Below are positions 37,448-46,714 of a stretch of DNA of 64,000 bases, one piece after another. The notes beneath the pieces are model-generated. The model did no database searches and had not been told where the DNA came from. It worked only from the letters and a program-made list of their open reading frames with translations. Within the stretch, counting starts at the first letter, position 1. The number at the start of each line of letters is the position of its first letter. The translations under genes and the position numbers were made by a program. Source of the DNA: Patescibacteria group bacterium (GTDB lineage: Bacteria > Patescibacteriota > Microgenomatia > Levybacterales > GWA1-39-11); contig DASZRC010000003.1 of the NCBI GenBank assembly GCA_035549315.1, forward strand, positions 10,374 through 74,373, written 5' to 3'.

Positions 37448-38794
37448 TTAATTAACCTTTACAAATTGTGTTTGAGACCACTCACCAGGCATGCAGTTAT
37501 TCATTCCGGATACTTTGAAGTACCAAGTTGTCGGAAATAAATAATTAATTGTATAAGGAATAACTCCGCCTGAGAAACCATAATTAAATGTTGTTGCAAA
37601 TTGGTTAGCATCGGGCGTAAATCCGTAAGAAATTGTATAGGCCGTATTTTGTCCGCTAACCGGTGCAAAATACAAAGTTGCATTGCTAACACCCGGCTTT
37701 ATTTGGAAAAGGTTAGGTGAACTCTGTGGAGCTGCCGCCGTACAAGATGTTGGCTGGTTAGGTGCTGAAGAAGCGGATCCATTAGAGTTAGTAGTTGGTG
37801 TTGGCGAACTATCGCTAATATAAAGACGGCCCCCATACGCTCCCGCAAGCAAGATTAGCCCATTACTACTCATACTAAGAGGTACCCATTCTTCATCTGC
37901 GGAACCAGCAGGCTGAGTTTCCGACCACGTGTCTCCTCCGTTGGTCGAAATATACAAACGACCAAAACCCTCTCCTACCAATATTGTCTGTCCATCGCTA
38001 CTTATACTTGACGCCGCCCAACTCTTATCTGTATTTCCAACAGGTTGAGTTTCTGACCATGTGTCTCCTCCGTTGGTCGAAATATACAAACGTGTATCAT
38101 CTCCTGCTAGGATTACTTGCCCATTACTACTCACACTTACTGTCTGCCAATTCTCATCTGCATTTCCAGCAGGTTGGGCCTCTGCCCAGGCGCCTCCACC
38201 ATTGGTTGTAATATACAAGCGTCCACCACTTACTCCCGCAACAATAACTTGTCCATTCCCGCTCATGTCAGCAGGAAGCCAATCTTTGTTTGTATTTCCT
38301 GCGGGACGTGTCTCAGACCATGTATCTCCGCCATTGGTTGTTAGATACAATCGCCCGCTACTTACTCCGGCCAATATTGTCTGCCCATCACTACTCATTC
38401 CACTTGGGTACCAAAAATTCTTATCTACGTCACCAGCAGGCTGAGTTTCCGACCATGTGTCTCCTCCGTTTTTGGAAATATAAAGACGTGCATCATCAGC
38501 AACCAAAATGACTTGTCCGTTGCTACTCATTCTAGCCATTTCCCAGTCTTGATCTGTATCGCCGGCAGGTTGGGTCTCAGTCCATGTATCCCCTGCATTT
38601 TTAGAAATATACAAGCGATCAGAGTTTCCGGCAATAACAGTCTGCCCATCAGAACTCATGGCGCTCCCTTCCCAATTGAAATCATCATTGCCAGCTGGCT
38701 GAGTTTCTTGCCAAGTAACAGCTGCATATGAATGCAAACTGAGGGAGAAAAATAAAATAATAGCTAAAAATGAGGATAGTAATACCTTTTTCAC
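37448..38794 (-). CDS. Secreted BNR/Asp-box beta-propeller protein with C-terminal FN3-like module (array member 1)
   Basis: Signal peptide; six repeats of I(S/T)xNGGDTWSETQPAG (BNR S-x-D-x-G-x-T-W). C-terminal module shared with the next three genes; it ends right after the module. Confidence 0.7.
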   Translation of the reverse strand: MKKVLLSSFLAIILFFSLSLHSYAAVTWQETQPAGNDDFNWEGSAMSSDGQTVIAGNSDRLYISKNAGDTWTETQPAGDTDQDWEMARMSSNGQVILVADDARLYISKNGGDTWSETQPAGDVDKNFWYPSGMSSDGQTILAGVSSGRLYLTTNGGDTWSETRPAGNTNKDWLPADMSGNGQVIVAGVSGGRLYITTNGGGAWAEAQPAGNADENWQTVSVSSNGQVILAGDDTRLYISTNGGDTWSETQPVGNTDKSWAASSISSDGQTILVGEGFGRLYISTNGGDTWSETQPAGSADEEWVPLSMSSNGLILLAGAYGGRLYISDSSPTPTTNSNGSASSAPNQPTSCTAAAPQSSPNLFQIKPGVSNATLYFAPVSGQNTAYTISYGFTPDANQFATTFNYGFSGGVIPYTINYLFPTTWYFKVSGMNNCMPGEWSQTQFVKVN

Positions 38795-38907
38795 TACATA
38801 TTAGTAAGCCATATTCCGAGGGATAAATCAAGAGTTTTGACCTTAAAAAACAATACAACTAATTAACTCTTACAAATTGTGTTTGAGACCACTCACCGGG
38901 CATACAG

Positions 38908-40491
38908 CTACCAACAAACGAATAGGAAACAGGATTTTTGAGGAGCAGGCTTTGGTTTTGTGACGTTTTTAGACTGTTGAGTCAAAATTTTTGTAGGAGC
39001 AATTGGCGTTGGCTTAGCAATTGGTAATTTTGAAGTATTTGCTCCTAAAACCGTTGTTTGTTTTGGAATTACACTCAAAATTTGAGAAATAATATTTTTG
39101 TAATATACTCCCCCATTTGTTTTGACTTGCATCGTGTTGCTCCAAGTGCCTATTCCACAATTGTTCTGGGCAAAAACCTTAAAGTAAACGTTAGAATTAG
39201 CTGGTAAATCGTTTATTGCATATGTTAAAACTCCGGTTGATGAACCTTGGTTTGTAAATACATTAAATTGATTGGCGTTGGAATTAAATCCATAGGATAT
39301 TAAATAGTTCTGGGAGTTTCCAACAGGAGAGAAGAAAAGTGTTGCTGCATTTTTAGTGGTATTTATCTGGAATAAATTAGGTGCGCCATTTGGTGTGGTT
39401 GAGCAGGTTGGCGTATTGTTTGAGTTGTTGCTCGAGCTTGAACCTCCTCCACCAGAAGTAGGAGTTGGAGTTGGCAAAAGATCTAAACCCAAATATAATC
39501 TATTGTCATAAGCTCCCGCGAGTAAGACCTGAGTATCAGATGACATACTGCCCAATCTCCAAGTTTTAGCTACATCACCACCGGGCTCCATCAAGTCCCA
39601 ACTAGAGCCCTGATTTGTTGAGAGGTACAAGTTATTTACTCCTCCAACAAAAAGGGTCTGTCCGTCTGAGGATACAGCACTAATATACCAGATATTATCA
39701 ACGTCTCCTGCAGGCTGCTCCTCTGTCCAATGATCACCTTCGTCTATTGAGAGATAAATTCTACTGTTTGAATCCACCAAGATCACATTACCATCATGTG
39801 AGGTACTTAAGCCAAACCACTGTTCATCTGTATCCCCCGCCGGCTGGATCTCCGTCCAAGAGTCCCCTGTATTTTTTGATATGTAAACTCTGGAATTAGC
39901 GACCACCATAACCTGACCATCTGATGACATGCTCGAACTAACCCAGCTTGAGTCAACATTTCCTACGGGCTGAACTTCAGTCCAATTATTTCCTCTGTCT
40001 ATAGATTTATACAATCTGCCACCGTTTATTCCAGCAAGCATAATTTGACCATCTGATGACATACTTGATAGACTCCAATTGAAATTACCAAGATCTATTT
40101 GTGTCCAATCATTTCCATAATTAGTAGACAAATATAGGCCTCCACCGTAAACACCTGCCAAAATTATTTGGCCATCTGATGACATACTTGTGGTATACCA
40201 AATTCGCTCACCTAGTCCACTTGGATCAATAGATGTCCAATTACTACCCCTGTCTGATGATAAATACAAACCGCCATACTGCTCACCTACTATAATTCTT
40301 TGTCCATCCGAAGACATTGCAGATGGGGTCCACCCATAATCCGCATTTCCCCCGGGTTGTATCTCAGACCAGCTTACTGCAGCAAATACTTTTATTGGAG
40401 TCGCAAAATAAAAAAACACTAAGAGCATTAGTAGCAGAATAAAAGAAGGTAATTTTTTGGGCATAACTAAATTTAGAATGTTCAGGATCAA
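38908..40491 (-). CDS. Secreted BNR beta-propeller protein with shared C-terminal module and Cys-containing C-terminal tail (array member 2)
   Basis: Repeats SSDRGSNW, SIDRGNNW, SKNTGDSW, SIDEGDHW. C-terminal module CSTTPNGAPNLFQINTTKN...FAQNNCGIGTWSNTMQVKTNG, K/P-rich linker, final KSCFLFVCW. Confidence 0.7.
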   Translation of the reverse strand: MILNILNLVMPKKLPSFILLLMLLVFFYFATPIKVFAAVSWSEIQPGGNADYGWTPSAMSSDGQRIIVGEQYGGLYLSSDRGSNWTSIDPSGLGERIWYTTSMSSDGQIILAGVYGGGLYLSTNYGNDWTQIDLGNFNWSLSSMSSDGQIMLAGINGGRLYKSIDRGNNWTEVQPVGNVDSSWVSSSMSSDGQVMVVANSRVYISKNTGDSWTEIQPAGDTDEQWFGLSTSHDGNVILVDSNSRIYLSIDEGDHWTEEQPAGDVDNIWYISAVSSDGQTLFVGGVNNLYLSTNQGSSWDLMEPGGDVAKTWRLGSMSSDTQVLLAGAYDNRLYLGLDLLPTPTPTSGGGGSSSSNNSNNTPTCSTTPNGAPNLFQINTTKNAATLFFSPVGNSQNYLISYGFNSNANQFNVFTNQGSSTGVLTYAINDLPANSNVYFKVFAQNNCGIGTWSNTMQVKTNGGVYYKNIISQILSVIPKQTTVLGANTSKLPIAKPTPIAPTKILTQQSKNVTKPKPAPQKSCFLFVCW

Positions 40492-40501
40492 ATTGCAACA
40501 T

Positions 40502-42373
40502 TTAGCAGCCTACTTTGAGGGTTTGGCCTACATTCAATTTGTTTGATGATAAATTGTTTTCTTGCATAATTGATTTATACTTTGCTCCGTTTCCTAATTT
40601 CAAGCTTGCTATTCCCCAAAGCGAATCACCCGCTTGCACAGTATAGTTTTCACATCTTGTTTTGGCCCCTAAAACCTTGCTAGTTTTTGCTCCAAGAACT
40701 GTTGTTTGTTTTGGTAACAAACTTAAAATCTGCGAGATAATATTCTTGTAATACACTCCTCCATTTGTTTTTGCCTGCATAGTATTGCTCCATGCGCCTT
40801 GACTACAGTTGTTTTGAGCAAAAACTTTAAAGTAAATTGTAGCATTAGATGGAAGGCTTCCAACTGTAAAACTTAAAACTCCTGTTGATGAGCCTTGGTT
40901 TGTCATAACATTAAACTGGTTGGCAGACGAATCGAAACCATACGAAATCTGATAATTTTGTGTGTTTCCAACCGGTGAGAAATATATAGTAGCCGAATCC
41001 TTTTTAGTATTTATCTGGAAAAGATTTGGTGATCCATTTGGTGTGGTTGAGCAGGTTGGAGTTATTCCTTGGTTCGGCGGCAAAGACACAGAACTGTTTG
41101 AATTAGAACCGGGAGAAGAAGTTGGAGTAGGATTTACCACATCCACAACACATCCCGTAGACTGAATTCCATTAGAAGTTGCAAATACATAATATTCACC
41201 GGTAGACGAATATGTAACAGTAGCTATTGAATTACCCGACCCGCTTGTATTCACCGAATCGCTACCACCTGCTAACCATGTGTAAGTTCCATCCCCTCCG
41301 CTTGCTGTAATTGTTGCATCCACAGACCCACCCGACAAAACAACGCTAGATGAAGATGGAGAGCAGGTAGGCTGAGATGGCGTAGGAGTCGGCGTTAAAG
41401 TTGGTGTAGGTGTTGGTGATGGAGTTGGGTTAGTAAATTTTTGCACATTATTTTTTGTAACATCACTAACAAATAAATTATTTGCGGAATCAAAAGCAAT
41501 ACCCTGCGGATTTTGAAATTGTCCGTCGCCTGACCCGCCAGATCCAATTTGCGCGATAAAACCTCCATCGCTATCAAATTCCTCAACTCGCTGATTTCCT
41601 GAATCGGTCACATATATATGCCCAAAAGAATCCATTGCAATATAATTTGGAGAGTTAAATTGTCCGTCCCCAGATCCTGAACCTCCCCATTTTTTAATAA
41701 ATGTTCCATCATAGGCAAACTTCTGAATTCTGTTGTTTCCATTATCAACTACGTAAACATTGTCTGCCCCATCCAAAGCTAGTGCCGTAGGACCATTAAT
41801 AAATTGCCCGTCACCCGATCCGTAAGATCCCCATTCCCTCACCTCACTAAAATCTGTCGCTGAAAATTCATACACCTTCTGTTCTTCAACGTCTGCTGCA
41901 TAAATATTTCCATGTGAGTCAAATGCTATACCGCCATATGCATTGAAATTTGATGCAACACCCTCAAGGTTTGAACCGTCTTGATCAAAACGGAAAATTT
42001 CTCCAAAATACCCGCCGGCTGATAAAAACATATAAGCGGAGACGTAAATCTTCCCATCAGAACCCAGCTTTACATCCACCGGAAGAACCTGACTAAAACT
42101 ATCACCCCACATCTCGAGCAGCTTCCATTGCTGATGGTACAATCCGATTGAATTAAACTCTTCAATTCGTTGATTATGTTCATCTGCCACATAAATATTA
42201 CCCGAACTGTCTATGGTCATACCCAAAGGAATATTTAAAAATCCCACAGCACTTCCTGATGAGGCAAATTTACTATCATATTGATAAGCTGCAAATACAG
42301 GAACGCTGCTTCTCACTATGAAAACAGTTACAAGACAAAAAACTAAAAATAGCGATAATATTTTTCTCATCAA
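40502..42373 (-). CDS. Secreted NHL-repeat beta-propeller protein with shared C-terminal module and C-terminal LysM domain (array member 3)
   Basis: NHL repeats (e.g. GSGDGQFNSPNYIAMD...IYVTDSGNQRVEEF), the same CSTTPNGSPNLFQINTKK... module, then YTVQAGDSLWGIA...GQTLKV (LysM). Confidence 0.7.
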   Translation of the reverse strand: MMRKILSLFLVFCLVTVFIVRSSVPVFAAYQYDSKFASSGSAVGFLNIPLGMTIDSSGNIYVADEHNQRIEEFNSIGLYHQQWKLLEMWGDSFSQVLPVDVKLGSDGKIYVSAYMFLSAGGYFGEIFRFDQDGSNLEGVASNFNAYGGIAFDSHGNIYAADVEEQKVYEFSATDFSEVREWGSYGSGDGQFINGPTALALDGADNVYVVDNGNNRIQKFAYDGTFIKKWGGSGSGDGQFNSPNYIAMDSFGHIYVTDSGNQRVEEFDSDGGFIAQIGSGGSGDGQFQNPQGIAFDSANNLFVSDVTKNNVQKFTNPTPSPTPTPTLTPTPTPSQPTCSPSSSSVVLSGGSVDATITASGGDGTYTWLAGGSDSVNTSGSGNSIATVTYSSTGEYYVFATSNGIQSTGCVVDVVNPTPTSSPGSNSNSSVSLPPNQGITPTCSTTPNGSPNLFQINTKKDSATIYFSPVGNTQNYQISYGFDSSANQFNVMTNQGSSTGVLSFTVGSLPSNATIYFKVFAQNNCSQGAWSNTMQAKTNGGVYYKNIISQILSLLPKQTTVLGAKTSKVLGAKTRCENYTVQAGDSLWGIASLKLGNGAKYKSIMQENNLSSNKLNVGQTLKVGC

Positions 42374-42388
42374 TTCAAAAAAGATTTA

Positions 42389-44008
42389 TTAAAGACAAAC
42401 AAAAAGAATGCAAGATTTTTTGGTTTGGATACCCAATACTTTTGATTTGGGTTTTACCACCGGTATTTTCTTTATGATTGGTTTTGCAACGTGGGTTTTA
42501 ATAATCTTTTTTGTTGAAGTAACTTTTGAAACTGGAGTTGAGGATGTTTTTGCTCCAAGAACTGTTGTCTTTTGCGGAATAATACTTAAGATTTGGGAAA
42601 CAAAGTTTTTATAATATATTTCTCCATTTGTTTTGACTTGCATTGTGTTGCTCCATGCGCCTATTCCACAATTGTTTTGTGCAAAGACTTTAAAGTAAAC
42701 ATTAGAATTAGTTGGCAAATTGTTTATTGTATATGTTAAAACTCCGGTTGATGAACCTTGATTTGTAAGCGCGTTAAATTGGCTAGCATCAGAATTAAAC
42801 CCATATGAAATTTGATAGTTCTGTGCACTTCCCACAGGAGAAAAATATGTAGTTGCCGAATTTTTAGTGGTATTTATTTGAAACAAATTTGGTGATCCAC
42901 TTGGAGTTGTTGAACACGTCTGTGTTGTCCCTTTGTTTGGTGGTAAGGATTCCGGCCCTTTGGAATTTGAACTTGGAACAGATGTAGGAGTTGGTGTTGG
43001 GGTGGGATTTGGCGATTGCCAATATAAAACTGGGTAGCTTGATCCGTTATTAACGGTGCTCCAAGTATTTACAAAATCCCAAGACGTCAAAGGCGGATTG
43101 GTTATAGTGTAGAAATAAGAAATATTGTTGGTTATGCGGTTGCAGCCGGTGTTTCCACTTGTATAACAAGACATAAAACCACCCGACACATCATTCCAAT
43201 ATCCATTACTAACTGTTCCGGAACTCATAAGACCAACCATTCCGGCAACAAATGAAACACTCACATATGTCATAGTGGTAAAAGAATTTGATGTTGAAGC
43301 ACTAGAAACAAATCTGCCGGCTATTCCGCCAACATTCTGCCCATGCGTGATACTACCGGTTGAATAACTATTTGTAATGCTTCCGCCACTCATGGTTCCT
43401 GCAATTCCACCGGTATTATTTTGGTTCAAAGTAGAATTCACAATGTTGCCGGAATAATAACTATTACTAACAACGGCAGATGTACCCTGACCAAGCAATC
43501 CCCCCATGACAGGGGCAATAAAATTTGCAGCACTTCCATCCATACTTGCCTTACTATATGAGTTTGTAATACTTCCGCCCGATACAACCGCCGCAAAACT
43601 TCCCATTTTTGAAGTATCACCTTGCTGGGTAAGACTTCCGCTCTCATAACCAATATTTGTAATTAGCCCTCCTGTTCCCAAAGTTTGAAATATTGCTACT
43701 CCGTTTTCATTACTGTTAATTGTGAGATTAGTAATTTTATGGCCTCCACCATCTAGCGTACCGGTGAAAAAATTACTGGTTGTATCTCCTATTGGAGCAA
43801 AGCTAAACCCATTACAATCCACATCGTTCATCATAAGGTAATTGGCGGTAAGGTTGTTGGAAATTTCATGAAGCTGTGAACAAGTCGTAATTTGGTATGG
43901 GTCGCCGCTTGTTCCATTGCCGCTCCCTGAAAATGCAAAGGCTTTTGAAGGTAAAACAAAAATTAAAATTAGGATAATTCCAACAAAGAAAAAACGCAAA
44001 AAGCGCAT
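42389..44008 (-). CDS. Secreted GLUG-motif beta-helix-like protein with shared C-terminal module and Cys-containing tail (array member 4)
   Basis: GSGNGTSGDPYQITTCSQL start and G-rich GGIAG/GGSITNSY repeats (GLUG-like), the shared module, K/P linker, final KSCILFVCL. Confidence 0.65.
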   Translation of the reverse strand: MRFLRFFFVGIILILIFVLPSKAFAFSGSGNGTSGDPYQITTCSQLHEISNNLTANYLMMNDVDCNGFSFAPIGDTTSNFFTGTLDGGGHKITNLTINSNENGVAIFQTLGTGGLITNIGYESGSLTQQGDTSKMGSFAAVVSGGSITNSYSKASMDGSAANFIAPVMGGLLGQGTSAVVSNSYYSGNIVNSTLNQNNTGGIAGTMSGGSITNSYSTGSITHGQNVGGIAGRFVSSASTSNSFTTMTYVSVSFVAGMVGLMSSGTVSNGYWNDVSGGFMSCYTSGNTGCNRITNNISYFYTITNPPLTSWDFVNTWSTVNNGSSYPVLYWQSPNPTPTPTPTSVPSSNSKGPESLPPNKGTTQTCSTTPSGSPNLFQINTTKNSATTYFSPVGSAQNYQISYGFNSDASQFNALTNQGSSTGVLTYTINNLPTNSNVYFKVFAQNNCGIGAWSNTMQVKTNGEIYYKNFVSQILSIIPQKTTVLGAKTSSTPVSKVTSTKKIIKTHVAKPIIKKIPVVKPKSKVLGIQTKKSCILFVCL

Positions 44009-44089
44009 ATAAATTTATATTACTTAGATTGAACTAATAACACAAGAAAGAACTAATGTTTATAATAGCGAACTTTCTAAATAGAGTGA

Positions 44090-44218
44090 TTATTTCTTAT
44101 GCTTGAAGTATTCTATTTGCTGTAATCGTTTTTTGGCTTCACCTTCCGTTTTGTAAGTACCCATGTTGCGCCCTTTTTCTGACATAACTCGGTACCCTTC
44201 TTTTACTTTTCTGATCAT
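44090..44218 (-). CDS. Unannotated small ORF (42 aa) MIRKVKEGYRVMSEKGRNMGTYKTEGEAKKRLQQIEYFKHKK
   Basis: Below the ORF-track size cutoff. ATG start, basic conserved-looking composition, lies in a 270-bp otherwise empty gap. Confidence 0.35.
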   Translation of the reverse strand: MIRKVKEGYRVMSEKGRNMGTYKTEGEAKKRLQQIEYFKHKK

Positions 44219-44281
44219 AAATTTAATTTACCGTTTATAAGTAAATTGTACTTGAAGAAAATGTAAGACTTCAAAAAGAAA

Positions 44282-44548
44282 TTAATTCTTTTTACCGGTC
44301 TGCTTGTTTCCTTCTGTCATTGTTATGAGTTTTCCAAACTCTGCCAAAAATTTCTTGGCATGTTCCCTACTCATTCCAATTCTTGAAACAATTCTAACTT
44401 GATTTGTCTGCCCTAGTCTTTGAAAAACATCCAAAACTACTCCGTCTTCATTTGTAGTCATACTAATGTTATCCGTGTAGTAAATTGGCGTGGTGTCAAG
44501 ATTTATATTTACTTGAATTTCTTGTGGATTATTGTTCTTATCATTCAT
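44282..44548 (-). CDS. Small hypothetical protein, DUF3467-like (88 aa)
   Basis: Pattern IQVNINLDTTPIYYTDNISMTTNEDGVVLDVF...MSREHAKKFL resembles DUF3467. Recalled from memory, unverified. Confidence 0.4.
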   Translation of the reverse strand: MNDKNNNPQEIQVNINLDTTPIYYTDNISMTTNEDGVVLDVFQRLGQTNQVRIVSRIGMSREHAKKFLAEFGKLITMTEGNKQTGKKN

Positions 44549-44664
44549 CTAAAATCACCTCCCTAGATTCGTCTTCCTATAATACCACTATTACAATTCA
44601 AATTTAAATGCATTTGCATGAGGATTACCAATATTTACTTGCATATTGGGTTTATAATATAAGT

Positions 44665-45243
44665 ATGGGAAGAGTCACTCTGTTTATAATAGTAATCATA
44701 TTATTAATTGGAGGAGGAATTTATTTTCTAAGACAATCTCCTAAACCTATTACTCCTGCTATTTCCCCCACCCCAACTATTACAGCTACCAATACGCCTG
44801 CAGAAAACTCTTTCTGTAATCCATCTGATCTTGTGGGAAATATTGTTTTTAATGGCGCTGCCGGAAGCATATATGGCAACCTAACGCTTAAGAATGTTTC
44901 TAACAAAACGTGCACAATTGATGGGAGCAATTTTGTTACAGCAAGTTTTTCCGCGCAAAATATTAGTGTAGTCCAACAAGGCCAAGCCGGTCCGGACACT
45001 ATTGCCCTTACTCCAAATCAAACTGCTTACTCTCAGATTAGATATCAAAATGGGCCACAATGTAGCAGTCCTATAAAAACAACTCCTGTTATTTTTTCTT
45101 ATCAAATTTCTTCACTTGGAACAGTTGACTTCCTAGGTCAGAATGGCAGTAAATCGCAAAACATTACAACCTGTACAAAGCTCAGCGAATCAACAACCGT
45201 ATGGGTTTGGAATGTTTCCAAAAGCCCAATAACTCCTCAATAA
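44665..45243 (+). CDS. Membrane-anchored secreted protein, DUF4232-like; start trimmed to MGRVTLF
   Basis: TM anchor, PT linker, Cys-containing beta domain (CNPSDLVG...GAAGSIYGNLTLKNVSNKTCTIDG). Confidence 0.45.
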   Translation: MGRVTLFIIVIILLIGGGIYFLRQSPKPITPAISPTPTITATNTPAENSFCNPSDLVGNIVFNGAAGSIYGNLTLKNVSNKTCTIDGSNFVTASFSAQNISVVQQGQAGPDTIALTPNQTAYSQIRYQNGPQCSSPIKTTPVIFSYQISSLGTVDFLGQNGSKSQNITTCTKLSESTTVWVWNVSKSPITPQ

Positions 45244-45282
45244 TAGCTTTACAAGAAACAATCTTACCGCTACAATTACTAG

Positions 45283-46527
45283 ATGTATAAAGCAATTTTT
45301 GCAAATAAACCTTTTCTTTTTATCCTCATAACCGCGTTTCTATCAATACTAGGAATTGGCCTAATAATCCCGGTTTTACCGTTTATTGTGGGACAGTACG
45401 TACCATCCGGTAACCAAGATACTATTGCTTGGTATGTTGGGCTGCTTACTTCCCTATATGCTTTTTGTCAGTTCTTTGCAGCACCAGTTCTTGGAGCATT
45501 AAGCGATAGATTTGGAAGACGCCCTATTTTGTTACTTTGTCTTGCAGGTTCTGCAATTGGTTATATTATATTTGGAATTGGCGGAAGTCTTGGTATTCTC
45601 TTCTTAGCAAGAATTGTTGATGGTATTACGGGTGGAGATATAAGTACTGCTTTTGCATATGTGGCAGATGTTACCAAACCTCAGGATAGGGGGAAATATT
45701 TTGGGATAATTGGCGCAACTGTTGGCTTTGGTTTTATTCTTGGACCTTCAATTGGTGGAATAGTAGCCCACATTTCACTCTCTGCTCCGCTCTTTTTGGC
45801 TGCCGGTCTTACCCTGCTAAACATGGCCTATGGTTATTTTGTGTTGCCGGAAAGTCTTGCTAAAAACAACAGGACTACTGATTTTTCACTGCACCATCTT
45901 AACCCATTTACGCACTTAAACTACATATTTAAAAATAATCTTTTAAAACAACTTATGATAGTTGGCGCGTTTTACTTTTTTGCCTTCTCCCAAATGGGAG
46001 GAATTCTGTCTGTATTCTACAAAGATACATTCAATTGGAGTCCCGGAAACATAGGCTTTCTATTCCTTATCCTAGGAAGCGGAGATATGTTTACACAAGG
46101 TTATTTATCCGGTAAGTTACTTCCTAGATTTGGAGCAATAAAATTAGCTCTTGCTGGATTTTTTGTAACAGCTTTTGCATTTGCAATAAATTCTGTTTTA
46201 CCTGTGTTTCCTATCGCGTTCTTTGTATACATTTATATTGTGATTTATGCGCTTGGAAGCGGACTTTTTGAACCGGCTTTTGGAGGTTTGGTATCAGGTG
46301 CTGCGAGCCCTCAGGAACAAGGACGCGTACAAGGAGCAAGCCAATCTGTGCAGTCTATAGCAAGAATTCTGGGACCAATAACAGGTGCATTCTTATATGG
46401 ATATGGCCACAGCCTACCTTGGATAAGCTGCGTTATTTTATCTATTGTGGGAGCAATAATCTTGATGCAAAAACAAAAAGAAATTACAAAACACCTTCAC
46501 AAAATGGAATGGCATGAACACGCTTAA
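45283..46527 (+). CDS. MFS transporter (TCR/Tet-like drug:H+ antiporter family)
   Basis: 12 TM helices; motif A GALSDRFGRRPILL after TM2. Confidence 0.8.
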   Translation: MYKAIFANKPFLFILITAFLSILGIGLIIPVLPFIVGQYVPSGNQDTIAWYVGLLTSLYAFCQFFAAPVLGALSDRFGRRPILLLCLAGSAIGYIIFGIGGSLGILFLARIVDGITGGDISTAFAYVADVTKPQDRGKYFGIIGATVGFGFILGPSIGGIVAHISLSAPLFLAAGLTLLNMAYGYFVLPESLAKNNRTTDFSLHHLNPFTHLNYIFKNNLLKQLMIVGAFYFFAFSQMGGILSVFYKDTFNWSPGNIGFLFLILGSGDMFTQGYLSGKLLPRFGAIKLALAGFFVTAFAFAINSVLPVFPIAFFVYIYIVIYALGSGLFEPAFGGLVSGAASPQEQGRVQGASQSVQSIARILGPITGAFLYGYGHSLPWISCVILSIVGAIILMQKQKEITKHLHKMEWHEHA

Positions 46528-46714
46528 CTTGTAGAGGTTTAGTTTTGTATGGAAGCAGAATCTATGAAGTTAAGAGTTAAGTCCGCAAACTTATCAATAA
46601 TATGATCGTACAGTTTGTATAACTTGATGGACAGGATTTTCATATAAAAGTATATTACACCCCTAGTCTTAAAATTTGCTTAAGGTTTTTGTATGAGAAA
46701 GGTAAAGGCTTTTA

